Below, in pieces: positions 45,980 to 58,382 of a stretch of 64,000 bases of DNA. The notes beneath the pieces were generated by a model. That model had not been told where the DNA came from. It saw only the letters and a program-made list of their open reading frames with translations, and did not search any database. Positions within the stretch are counted from its first letter, which is position 1, and every line of letters starts with the position of its first letter. The position numbers and the translations under genes are program-made. This DNA comes from the human T2T-CHM13v2.0 reference genome, Homo sapiens, in the NCBI RefSeq assembly GCF_009914755.1, contig NC_060931.1, one strand, 5' to 3'.

Positions 45980-46752
45980 AATACCAACGTTCATGGAAAT
46001 AACCCAAATGTCCCATTGACTAATGAATGGATAAATAAAAGTGGCACCTCTGTACAATAGTATGTTATTCAGCAATAAAAAATAAAGACCGATGTAATCT
46101 GCAATATGGATAAAACTTGAAAACATTACTAATTGTACCATCTTAACCATTTTAAGCAGGCAGTTCAATTGTGTTAAGCACATTAACATCGTTGCATAAA
46201 CAAACTCCAGAACGCTTTTCATCCTACAAAACTGAAACTCTATGCCCTTTATATAATAACTCCCCACTCCTTCTCCCCTCTAATCCCTAGCAACCACCGT
46301 GCTGCTTTCGGTCTGATTTTGACTACTCTGGGTACCTCATATAAGTGGAATTATATAGTCTTTGTCTTTTTGTGACTGCCTTCTTTTACTTTGCATAATG
46401 TTCTTAAGGATCATCCATGTTGATGGATGTGTCAGAATTTTTTTCCTTTTTAAGGAAGAATAAGATTCCATTGTATGTAAATACCACATTTTGTTTACCC
46501 ACTCATCCATCAGTGGATACTTGGGTTACTTCCACCTTTTGGCTAGTGTTGCTGTGAACATGGAAATACAAATATCCCTTCAAAGCTCTGCTTTCAATTA
46601 TTTTGGGTATATATGCAGAAGAGGGGTTTCTTTTGTGGGGGGATGAAAATGATTGTGGTGATGATTACACAACTTCCAATATACTAAAAATTATTGAATT
46701 GTTTACAGGGTGAATTGTATGGTATGTAAATTATATTCAATAAAGCTGTTAT
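45980..46752. mobile_element. Old L1 3' fragments; minus-strand piece (~46130-46625) nested within a plus-strand piece
   Basis: aacccaaatgtcc..gaatggataaa (+); tacctcatataagtggaat...ccacattttgtt (-); gtgaattgtatggtatgtaaattata (+). Confidence 0.75.
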
Positions 46753-46753
46753 G

Positions 46754-47065
46754 GGCTGGGCACAGTGGCTTATGTCTAGAATCCCAGCACTTTGGGAAGG
46801 TGAGGCGGAAGGGTTGCTTGGGATCAGGAGTTGAAGACCAGCCTAGGAAACACAGTGAGACTCCGTCTCTCAAAAAAAAAAAAAAAAAAAATTAGATGGC
46901 TGTGGTGGCACATGCTTGTAGTTCTAGCTACTTGAACGCTGAGGTGAGAAAATTGCTTGAGTCCAGGAGTTTAAGGCTGCAGTGAGCTATGATTGTGCCA
47001 CTGTAAGCCAGCCTTGATGACAAAACAAGACTGTCTCTCTCAAAAAAAAAAAAAAAAAAAAAAAA
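46754..47065 (+). mobile_element. AluJ with expanded middle and 3' A tracts
   Basis: Dimer; TSD taaagctg(t/g)tat. Confidence 0.92.
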
Positions 47066-47597
47066 ATTTAAAGCTGGTATACACCCCCACACACCAAAAT
47101 AATGTTCAGCCTGTTCTTGGAGGACATCATTTTAGTCAGAGAGTCAGAGAAACATGTGGAATGCTGAAAGGTATGATGGGAAATTGGTTTGACTATATAA
47201 TTCATTATCATGACATTTAATTTTGCCATCAAACTTAAGAAGAGCGTTTTATTACAGAAAGATTCAGACCAATGTTTTCTAAACATGCAAATAATCCACA
47301 GTTCCTTATATGGGCAAAAATATGGAGCAGGAGGCTGTGACCAAATGGAAATTATTTACCCAGGGTTTCTGAGGAATCTGTAGCTCTACGGAGGCCCGGA
47401 GCAGCTCTAAATTTCTGTGATCCTATAGCTAAGGGTCTGCTCATTTGGCCTTAGAAAACTGCTGAGGTGTTTTTCTATTTCCGCTCCCCCGCTTCCCTGA
47501 GCTCTTTAATTATTTTTTCTTTTATCAGAGAACATATGGACCAATATTAGAAGGGGTGTGAGAAGAAAGGGGAAACATAATTTAAAAAATAAAAAGA

Positions 47598-47835
47598 GGC
47601 CGGGCATGGCGGCTCACGCCTGTAATCCCAGCACTTTGGGAGGCCGAGACGGGCGGATCACGAGGTCAGGAGACAGAGACCATCTTGGCTAACACGGTGA
47701 AACCCCGTCTCTACTAAAAATACAAAAAATTAGCCGGGCGTGGTGGCAGGCGCCTGTAGTCCCAGCCACTGCACTCCAGCCTGGGTGACAGAGCGAGACT
47801 CCGTCTCACAAATAAATAAATAAATAAATAAACAA
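47598..47835 (+). mobile_element. AluY with ~70-bp deletion in the right arm
   Basis: cctgtagtcccagc joined directly to cactgcactccagc; (taaa)n tail. Confidence 0.9.
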
Positions 47836-48188
47836 ACCACCACTTGAAAATTGCCTAAGATGACATCAATCTTGCAGAAACACATAATGTAATTTAATGG
47901 ATTTGTATGTAGAGGTCTAGTGGAAACCAAAAAAACTTTTGCAACTTGGCGTTAAATTTCTTGCCATTTCCCCGTGTTTGTTCCAGTGGGGAAAATGTGA
48001 ATGCCCCCTGCTGGTCCTTTATGATAAACCCAGCAAACCACAGAGAAAAGTTCTCCACTAACCGCTTAGGATTTACGGGAACCATTATGTTACTTTTTAA
48101 AACCCAGAGGTTGGCAGGATTCTTAGGTATTCATGATCATCAATTTTTAGGGCAGACAGAGACAGCCCCAAGCTTTAAAGCGCATAGG

Positions 48189-48555
<367 letters not shown>

Positions 48556-48565
<10 letters not shown>

Positions 48566-48735
48566 CAGGGGGTCGGTGGCGCTTAGTCCATAGTGGTTGG
48601 GTTTGCACTGGTCGCATTTGGCTCCTTCCACGTTCTCTTTACAAAGGCACTGGCCAGCCACAGACCCTAAGGCAGGATCAGAGTGGCTCACACAAATGCC
48701 ACCAGATATGGTCCCATCGGGGTCACATTCACAAG
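48556..48735 (-). CDS. LAMB4: LAMB4 exon (~11), LE3: [14 protein letters not shown]...TDPLGCQ-P
   Basis: ccAG|CTTGT ... CAGC|GTaagt; 180 nt; phase 1 to 1. Confidence 0.95.
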
Positions 48736-49489
48736 CTGGGGACACAGACATTCATTGTTTTAGTTAATTGCAAATTGTGGGAAGCCTGAAATATAAGCAC
48801 GGCATTTTACTCATGCTATAACTATCTTGCTTTGTTTAAATAATTAAATGTTTAAATAATTAGACCACCTGGCAAGAGCTATTCAGAAGTGTCTCCCAGA
48901 TCTCTAGCCTTGGAAAACGTTGAATAAATCCATGCATATATTTTTAAAAGACTTTTAAATGATTCGAAAGTCAGAGGACCAGAGGAAGACTGCTGTTATG
49001 AAAATTAAGACTAGATTATGTTAAGAATAGACTGATTCTTCTGGGGATGATGAGAACGTTTTGGAATTAGGTAGATGGGATGGCTGCACAACATTGTGCT
49101 GGTGAACTGTTGTTCATTTAAAAATGGTTAATATTTTATGTTATGTGAATTTCATCTAAAAATAGATTTTAAAAAAGACTCTAAAGGTGAAAGTAAGGTC
49201 AAAATCTCTGAAACGTGCTTAAAAAGTAAGTCTCTCCTCTATCACCGAAAAATATGTCACAAGGAAAAGTGACATTCTATTTTATTTTTCCTGGAAGAAA
49301 CACCTGTAAGAAGGAAAGGGAGGGAATAGTGAGAAGTATTCATATCCTTGGTTTTGTTGGGGGGACATCTGCTGACAGGTCAAGAGCTTGATGGAAGAGA
49401 TTCTGGAAAATGGGATAAACAGTCACTTGCAGCAGAGGAGCCACAATGGTAGCAACCTTTTTCCTGTTGTTGTTGTAGACATTTGAACA

Positions 49490-49770
49490 ACTCAAGGATG
49501 GTGTGTCATATGAAAAAGAATGTTGACAGTTTGAGTTAATTCCAGAGGGTAGAACCAGGAGAGAGTAGAAGTCACAAAAGGTAGCACTTGATTGAGTTTG
49601 AGGAAGAACTCTCTAATAGTTAGGGGTGCCCAATACTGCAGCGAACCCCTCATCATCGGAGGTGTCCAGGTAGATGTTGAAACAGCACTTGTGGCTTTGG
49701 TATGGATGACAAATGTGTTGTTGGGCATTAGATGACCACCAAGGTCTCTTGTACCTTTGTGGTTCTGTGT
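49490..49770 (+). mobile_element. L3/MIR3-type 3' relic
   Basis: ttgaggaagaactctctaatagttag...ggaggtgtccagg...tagatgaccaccaaggtc. Confidence 0.55.
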
Positions 49771-51317
49771 TTCCATGGGGTTCCACTTTTAAGGCGTGTA
49801 ATAAAAATAAAAATATGAATATCCTGATTTTAAGGAACAGTCACATTCACATTTATACATGCTTGCTTTGGATTACTAAAAACAAAACTGTCAAGTCTAA
49901 AACCATGTCTATATAACCACCATTTAGGTTAGTGAGTTTAGTGGAAACAATTCAGTCAAACCAGTTGTTTCGCATTATTGAAGCAACTGGTGTTTGCTCT
50001 CTGACACAATCTTTCAAATTTCAATGATTTGTTACTTGTTATTGTTTTGTGACTGGTGACTTACTATGAAAAAATAGCATTGAGTTCTGTTTAGTTTGGA
50101 AAAGCCACAATTTTCTTCTAATTAAAGCCAGTTGCTTCTAGAAAGAAGGGAACAAACTGGATTCATCTTAATAGTGGCCAAAAGGAAAAAGCTACAATTT
50201 CTTTGGGAGACACTCCAAAGAATCAGTATTGAGTTCCAGAGAATAATTTAATTATGCACAGAAGTATCCTTTGGGAAAGAGATGTGGGAAGGGTGGATAG
50301 TAAATGTTCTTTGAAATAGCCTTATGTCATGACCTTTAGAAGTCTAATTGAATGTCTTGGTGTCACATAATTCTAGCAAACTTTTATTATCAAGTAGTTG
50401 AGTCTACCAAATCTTGGTTTTTCTGTATCAAATTTAATGGCAACTTAATTGTAGAAAACTTAAAATTAGTCAACTCTTATGCCTGGAATCTGCTTATGTA
50501 AATATTTAGGTTCAAACAAGGACAACTTAGAGAAAATTTATATGAGAATTCTAATCAATCTTCAAATACACATCATTTGTATATATACACATAAACATTT
50601 GTTTAGGTAAACTGGGAGAAACTGGGGTGTCTCATGATAGTAGTTTGTTACAAGCTCCTCATCTACCTTTTATGGAAAAATTCCTTGTTTACAAAGAATG
50701 ACTTCTTACTTTCATACCAGGAGTACTAGTTTTCTTTCCAAAGCACTATCGAGTTAATACTCGGTGGTTCTTAAGGAACAAGACTTTGATTGATGTGCTG
50801 AAAATATTTGGTTTGTTATTTCCAAATCTCTTTCCAGATTCCTAGATTATCTGTTTCAATAATTGTATTTCCCTGATTCTACCCAAGAGAGCAATTTAAT
50901 CTTCTTTTATAAATACATAGTTTTAAAACAATAAAAGTTATGTGTGTGCATGATTACAGATTGTGGTAAAAACTGTGTGGTAGGATACTTAGGAAATTGC
51001 TCTAAAGAAATACATTTTCTGAGAATCTAGTTCTTTATATCAATATTGAACAGGTCACGTAAGGTAAATTTTATATAGTCAGGTGCCTACTGAGTAATCC
51101 GAGCTAAAACATTTCATTGATGCATTTTCTATATTGTGATCACTTAAAGTTTGAAATCTAGGACATTGAATCTATTCAGGTGGCCAGTGAATTACACTGT
51201 ATAAGACTTCATTTTATATATTATGATTATATAAAAGTTGAAGTTAGATTTTATAGCAGCTTCCCTGCCCCCACTTTAGCATTATATGGATATACCCTAA
51301 GAAGCGGGATCCCTGAG

Positions 51318-51775
51318 TCCTGGGAGAGGCAATCTTCCATGGATGCTGGTATCCTGAACGTTCTTGCTAAGTGTGCCAGCCGTTCAAGTCCCCACTGGCT
51401 CTTTACCTAGCCATTTCTTAGAGTTGTGCTTGCAGTAAGCAACTTTGAGGGATGGAGTGGCATCTTCCCTGGATAAAAAATAGGCTTGCTTCCACTTGCT
51501 ATAAAGCAATGAATCCTCCAAGTTCACTGTTCCTCAGCTTTATCATAAACTCACTAGATATGCACTATTCACATGGTATCCGTTGTGTCACTCCCATGGG
51601 ACATGGGGACATGGAAACTCAGGCCAATACAATGATCTTGTTGCTTGCTATGCCATGAGTTACAAAGTCTTTTGTCTTTGGCCCAAGAGTTTTGTGTCTT
51701 CTGTTAGTATCCATGAAACAATAACAGGCTAACTTGTTCGTCGGCAAGTAAAGATTTCAGACCCAGTTACTGACA
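51318..51775 (+). mobile_element. LTR40-family solo LTR (ERVL)
   Basis: tgggagaggcaatcttccatgg ... gtgtcttctg..tatccatgaaac..caggctaacttgtt...tcagaccc..tgaca. Confidence 0.75.
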
Positions 51776-51825
51776 CTGGGTATTTGAAATCAGGATGGAG
51801 TATTTCTGTAGGCAAAAATGTATAG

Positions 51826-52006
51826 CAGTGATGGGATGAGAGTGAGCAAGCAAGGTGGCTGGGGTGCAACATTTAAGGAGGTACCCACTCTCAGATTTGT
51901 GCAAGCAGCAAGTGTTAGCCCTGCACTTCCATCACCCTGATAGCGAGTTCTTCCTTACATTTTGGAACTTAAGTGCCTTCCTTGGCTCACTCTAGTCCCA
52001 GTCCTG
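51826..52006. mobile_element. MER96-like palindromic hAT MITE
   Basis: atttaaggagg..cactctcag mirrored by ctgatagcgag..tccttacattt; ends tagtcccagtcctg. Confidence 0.65.
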
Positions 52007-52780
52007 CAGGAAAATGCAAATTAAAACAATGATGAGATACCATTTTTGATTAGTGAAAATTAAAGTGTGATAAAACAAAGATAGCAAAAATTGAAGTTTG
52101 ACAAAACCAAGTGTCGGCAAGGAAGCAGAGCCCCAGGAACTCCCATTTACTATTGGCGTGAGTGGCCATTGGCACACTCACTTAGGGGACCATGCAGTGT
52201 TATTTAATCAATTTGAAGTCCATACTCCATGGCCCAGAAATTCCACAGCTAGGTATATCTCCTAGGGACAATGTTTGCATAGATGCACAAGGTCACATAC
52301 ACAAGAATGTTTACTGCAGCATCCAAAGAAAAATGAACAAATAAGTTTTGTCATACCTAAAGGAAAAACTTCTATAAGAAATTAAAATGGAAGAACTAAG
52401 ACTACCTGATATAGAAAAGTCTCAAAAATATAATGTCGAATGAAATACCCAAGTTGCTGAAAGACACATACAAAATGACATAATCTATCTAAACTTTGAA
52501 AACATGTCAACATATATTGTTCATAGATAAAAACACATGTGAAAGAGTGAAAAAAATCATGATAATGCAAAATATATGAGTTTACCACTAGCAAGGAGGG
52601 TAGACAAATGGGACAGTTGTGTACCTGAGACATCAATATAGTGCCTGTCATGTTTTATTAAAGAAAGTCCCAAGAGTGACAGGCTAAGACTGTTCTAGAG
52701 AAAGCTGATGGTGGGGTATAAGGGTGTATATTATATTATTCCCTATTATTTTGTACATGCTTGAAATATTTCATTTAAGA
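52007..52780 (+). mobile_element. Old L1 (L1ME-like) 3' region
   Basis: aaaatgcaaattaaaacaatgatgagataccatttt, cccagaaattccac, acaagaatgtttactgcagc. Confidence 0.7.
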
Positions 52781-53196
52781 AGTTGAGATTCAAGATAAAA
52801 GATTTTTAAAGGTTTTTAAAAAGCGCAAGGTAAGTAACATGTTAGCTTATGCATCTTAACAGCAAAATTGAATTGTCTACAGCCAGTCGAATGTTTTAGC
52901 CAATTTTACCACTTTGGTTCCTCCCCCAGCAGGCTTCCATGATACTCAAGTTGTCTGCCTCTCCTGGTGGAATCCTGCATAATTTCCCAACTACCAGGAC
53001 AGACACAGATTATTTGGATCAACTTGTTTGCAGAAGGATGAGCTCTTAAAGCTGAGGTATTTTTGCAATCCTCCACTCTCCAAAATAGGGTAGTTTGGAG
53101 ATGCCGTTAAGCAGATGAGGTGCGGGCAGCCCCAGTAAGATCAAACTGAACTTTGCTCAGACAGTGGGTAGGATCCAGGCAGACCCGGGGACTCAC

Positions 53197-53385
53197 GAAT
53201 GCACGCGTAGGGATCTGAGATGGTCTTGAGCGGGTCCCTGTAGAAGAGGGGTCTGCAGCGGTCGCAGTGCTGCCCCTCAGTGTTGTGCTGGCAGTCTTCA
53301 CACACGCCCCCGCTGAGGCCACCGCTTGCCAGGTACGTAGTCATGTCAAAGTGACAGCGGCTGGAGTGGCTGTTACAGCTGCACG
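53197..53385 (-). CDS. LAMB4: LAMB4 exon (~10), LE2: [13 protein letters not shown]...DPYACI-P
   Basis: tcAG|CGTGC ... ATTC|GTgag; 189 nt; phase 1 to 1. Confidence 0.96.
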
Positions 53386-54652
53386 CTGAAAGGAGAAGAC
53401 AGTGACTGAGAGGTAGACTAAGGCCTCGGGTGGCACAGCCAGTGCCCCCGCACTGGTCAGGGCACCCGCTAGTCCTCCTTGTCCTCCTGCCATTTCGTGT
53501 TCTTTGTATAGATGCACCAAGCAAACACAGGGCCAAAATGTGTGCCCTCAGGGGATCGTTCTAACACTCTGATTCTGCTCCTACGCTTTCTATAAAATGT
53601 GCTCCCCATATGTTAAATATGTAGTTTTTAAAAATCAAGTGAACAAAAGTAAATCATTTCGGTGATCTAAAGCCACAGAGTGCAATATTTGTGGTGTTCA
53701 TTAAAGGATGCTTTTACTGACTTATGCTTTGTGCAACTGAAATTTTTACATGAAATATTCTGCATGCTCTGGGATTCCTAGAGAAGACGGCAGAGGAAAC
53801 CGGCCTGGCCCCTCTTTCCACAGCAGCAGAGAGCTGCAAGGGCTGCGGTCAATTTTATCTCATCTGAGGCTAGGCCAGTGGCCTGGAGGGAAAGGCAGTC
53901 TGTTTGGAGGAATTTGTCTTCATGGTAATGTCTACACTGTTTGTCTTTTTGTTTCTTTTCCTGTAAACAGTCTAAGGTCAGGCTGCATATTCCCCGGTCT
54001 TGTATACTGTGACTCTCATGGATGAGGCTTTTTTATTAGAGCTCTTCTAGGGACATTTCATTCCCTTAAATTCTGTTTTTCCTAGTCTAGGAAAAGAAAT
54101 TGAATAACAAATTTGTTTGGAAGTTCATTAAAATTCAGAGGCAGCAAACATGTTAGCCAAAACAAAACCAGCATCTTATTAGCCTGAGTATTTTATTTAA
54201 AACAATACAATGGCCTGTCAAACTCATTCCTGGGCCTCATTTCTCCTATTGTCCTACAGATGGGTTTAAGGTCACGTTCATGGAATGTATGACTATTCAG
54301 GATGACAGTGCAGATCTCTGGACCAAGCCTAGTGTTCACCAAATTCTTGGAGTTGCCTTGTCCCCACTGATATTGCCATTAAATGGCTCCATCCCTCTAC
54401 TAGAAGGGTGCCACACAACATGCTTACTGTTTCATTTTTAAAAATTAAACTTAATTTGTGGTGGGAGGGTTGGAGAAGTTGGCGATTCTTCTATGTGGGA
54501 TAATTGGGAACACTGGGATATCACACTATAGGAGCTGGGAGGACAGCCTCCCCACTTTGGTGCCTGCAGCCCCACAGAAGTGAACGAAGTGTTTCTTAAA
54601 TAAGGAAATGCAGAGCACACTCAGTCTATGCAGGGAACTGAGTTTCACCCAC

Positions 54653-54773
54653 ATCTGCAAGCGTTGTCCTGGAGGTCTGCAGCTGGCCTCCAAGGAGCAT
54701 CCTGGAAGAAGTCCTTGCATCTCTCACAGTTCGGACCATCTGTATTGTGCTGACACACACACTGACCGTGAAC
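54653..54773 (-). CDS. LAMB4: LAMB4 exon (~9), LE1: [41 protein letters not shown]
   Basis: gcAG|GTTCAC ... AGAT|GTggg; 121 nt; phase 0 to 1. Confidence 0.94.
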
Positions 54774-55573
54774 CTGCATTGTGCAATAAATAGAGCGTTG
54801 AAAGAGGGCTTGTCCTTGGGGACGTTGGGGTTCTTTAAATGGGAAATGAAATACCAGGTCCTGGTACCTCTCTGATCCTTAGTTTCCCATATGTTAATTA
54901 CAATACCAACCTTGATTATCTTCTATTATTTTCTTAACTAGCTTTAAACTTTATAAAAATTTTAAAAGTTCAGTGAACTTCTAAAATACAATACTTTTTT
55001 TTTGGCTTTTCTGAGTTCTAGTTTCAGGGCAGCACATTGCAGCCCTCAATAAAATGAGGGACAGGATGGCTAAGGGGTTTGTGGGGAGTTGGGGGGGAGT
55101 AGTATATGGGATTTTTTAGGAGCATAAGAGAAAATAGAGAGTTAGAAAAGGAAACGAAGCTGAAGAAAGCCATGTGATTCTCCTGGATTTTCCCAAAAAT
55201 GCTCTAAATGGCTCACATGCAGAGAGAGAAGCTCTGTTTCCAGTGAAACAGAGGTAGCTGAACGGGAAGGCACACTAGCTCAACATTAAGCCTTGTATAA
55301 TTTTGCCTAATAAACAGTTGACATTTATTTAGTAGACACACTCCCTGGGGCTCTGCATAAAACTACAACTCTTCTACAATGTCTTTTAAGGCTAGTCCCC
55401 CAAGATGAGAGAGATCTGCCATATTAAGACACAGCCATTCCCAGGGTAAGAATGCTATTTGGATTGAACATTTTACGATATCAGATATTGCTGAAACACC
55501 TTAGCATTGACTACAGGGTCTTGCACACAAAAGTCCTTCAGTAGATTTTTGTGAGAGAATGAATGTGAAATTA

Positions 55574-55649
55574 TTAGGTTGGTACAACAGTAATTTTGGT
55601 TTTTGCAATTAAAAGTGTTGGCAAAAACAGCACTTTTGCACCAACCCAA
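55574..55649. mobile_element. MADE1 (Hsmar1-derived MITE)
   Basis: TA|ttaggttggtacaacagtaatt ... cttttgcaccaacccaa|TA. Confidence 0.88.
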
Positions 55650-55970
55650 TATGATCCCTCCCCACCAAATCTCCATGCTCTACAAAATAAATGAAAAGAG
55701 GGCAAGATGAAGTATCTTGAAATCCTAAAGTATAAATTCTGCTCACTAGTTCAATGATGTCCATATGCTGCAGAATCCACAAGCACTTGTGGCTGGAGGA
55801 ACTGGAGGGCCCTAGGTGGCCTATCAGGATAGGTTGAATGGTACCCATCTCAGCATAAAACTGGCACTTAGATTTGTTGATCTCCATGTGGAGTGTCTCA
55901 TCTATATATAGCACCAGGACAGGCAAAGGCAGGTAGGACAGCCCACTGTTCTTTCGGATTAGTAACTCAC

Positions 55971-56185
55971 CATTCCAGGAGGGCTGAAAACATCTCCCCG
56001 CATCTTCTGCATAGGGCGACATTCGCTAGCATGGCCATTGCAAAAGCAGCTTCCCCGAACAATCATCTCGTACAGAGCATAGTAGTATTTATCAAGGGAA
56101 TCATTTTGCCTCCTTCCAAGCAAAGCATCCCCAAGGGTGTGGAGCTTGGTAAAGTTTATCCTCAGGTTTGTCAATGTCACAAGGT
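55971..56185 (-). CDS. LAMB4: LAMB4 exon (~8), end of LN and start of LE1: [19 protein letters not shown]...[26 protein letters not shown]
   Basis: ttAG|ACCTT ... ATG|GTgag; 215 nt; phase 1 to 0. Confidence 0.96.
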
Positions 56186-56273
56186 CTAAAGAAAGGAAAA
56201 TAATGAATCAAAGTGAATTTGAGGTGCATCAGTTCAAGGGACTCTTCTTGACTGATATACACTTAATATACTA

Positions 56274-56625
<352 letters not shown>

Positions 56626-56661
56626 TTAAAGCTGATATGAAAAATATAAAGGAATTCATAC

Positions 56662-56725
56662 CTTGGATGTAGGGGCTATAAGGGTTTTCAATTTCAAAAC
56701 TGGGATCCAAAACTTTTAAAACAAC
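56662..56725 (-). CDS. LAMB4: LAMB4 exon (~7), LN domain: VVLKVLDPSFEIENPYSPYIQ-D
   Basis: acAG|GTTGTT ... CAAG|GTatg; 64 nt; phase 0 to 1. Confidence 0.94.
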
Positions 56726-56789
56726 CTGTAAAACAAATATAGATACATTTATAGTATATTACCTGAAAACGTAATTGTCAAACACACTC

Positions 56790-57020
56790 TTTTTTTTTTT
56801 TCAAACCTCCCAGGCCCAAGAAATCTTACCACTTCAGCCTCCCAAGTAGCTGAGACCACAGGCATGCACCACCATGCCCAGCTAATTTTTAAAGATTTTT
56901 GTAGAGGTGGGGTTCTCCCTATGTTGCCCAGGCTGGTCTCGAACTCCCAGGCTCAAGTGATCCTCCTGCCTCAGCCTCCTAAAGTGCTGGAATTACAGAT
57001 GTGAGCCATCACACCTGACC
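56790..57020 (-). mobile_element. AluJ, partial
   Basis: Poly-T, then ctcccaggcccaag...gtgagccatcacacctgacc; TSD cactctt. Confidence 0.88.
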
Positions 57021-57784
57021 GTGAAATGCACTCTTACAGAAGAGACCCTGATCTTACAAGAAGGCTGAGCCATTGCTTCCCAGCTGGCATAGAATACAGA
57101 TTATCATTTGGGTTAGCATATGAATAGAAGTACCAGGAGCAGAAATAAATGAAAGGTATTAATCAGTCATTTCTGGCTCTTTATGTACAAGTGGTTCATA
57201 CAGGCAGAAAAGTCAAAAAGAGTGCTTATGCTGGGTTGGGATGGAGTGACAGACAATTTGGCAAGCCATGATCAATTTGGATTTGGTGGTGAACTCTGGA
57301 GCTGTCTTCTGCCACTAATTCTTTCTGCTCTACCTGGCAAAATAGTGCCTGTTCAATCCCACTCACTCCAACCTTCTGCCAGGCACCAGCTTTGCTCAGA
57401 GGGATGTTCCCGGCAGATTCCCCTGGGGTGGTGGTTTACAGAGTATGGGGATGAGATAGCTAATGTCAGGCTGCTGCTAGCTTACATGGCTCCTTTGCAA
57501 GCATTAGAAATGGGTGTTCCTTCTTCTGGGTGCCTGGGGCCATGGTGCCCCGTTTAAGTGTTATCCCATGCCCACCTTCAGCTGAGCACTCTTGTGCAGG
57601 ATTGCTTCTAAAAATGTATTTAGTATTTATTTGGGACTCATTTCAATTTAGACACTTTCATTTTCAAAAAAGCAACAGCCCAACTTACATTACAGTAAAC
57701 ACTATCGAAAGTTTTTCATTTAAGTTAATTATACTTTTTAAAAGTTTAATTTATACAAAATAAATACAAGGAAGGAAATGCTAC

Positions 57785-57973
57785 CTCTCCACCTGTTGAG
57801 GGTTCAATATCCGAGTATTTGGAGTCACAAACAATGTCTCCCACTCCCTGGGCCTGGCCAGATGTGATGTTAGGAAAGGAAGTGGCACAGTCTTTTGCAA
57901 AATATTTGAACACTTTCCAGTTGTGTCCATAGTCTGTGGAACGTTCAACTAACATTGCAGCAGGCCGAAAAGT
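57785..57973 (-). CDS. LAMB4: LAMB4 exon (~6), LN domain: TFRPAAMLVERSTDYG...SDIEPSTGGE
   Basis: ctAG|ACTTTT ... GAG|GTag; 189 nt; phase 0 to 0. Confidence 0.96.
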
Positions 57974-58084
57974 CTAGGAAAAATGAGTAAAAGTTGGCAC
58001 ATTTCACAAAGGCAGATTTTATTATCAACTTCAGATTGAATATTTATATTTTCTAATTCCATTTTTAAAAACTTTAGGTGTATC

Positions 58085-58382
58085 TTTTTGTTGTTTGTTT
58101 TGTTTTGTTTTTGAGACAGGATCTCACTCTGTCGCCCAGGCTGGAGTGCAGTGGCATGATCTCGGCTCACTGTAGCCTCAACTTCCCAGGCCCAGGTGAT
58201 CCTCCCACCTCAGCCTCCTGAGTAGCTGGGGCTAGAGGTGCATGCCACCATGCCCAGGTAATTTTTTTGTAGAGCCAGAGTTTTGCCATGTTGCCCAGAC
58301 TGTTCTCAAACTCCTGGGCTCAAATGCCCACCTCAGCCTCCCAAAATGCTGGGATTATAGGTGTGAGTCACTGTTCCTGGCC
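58085..58382 (-). mobile_element. AluJ
   Basis: Full dimer with (tttg)n tail. Confidence 0.92.
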
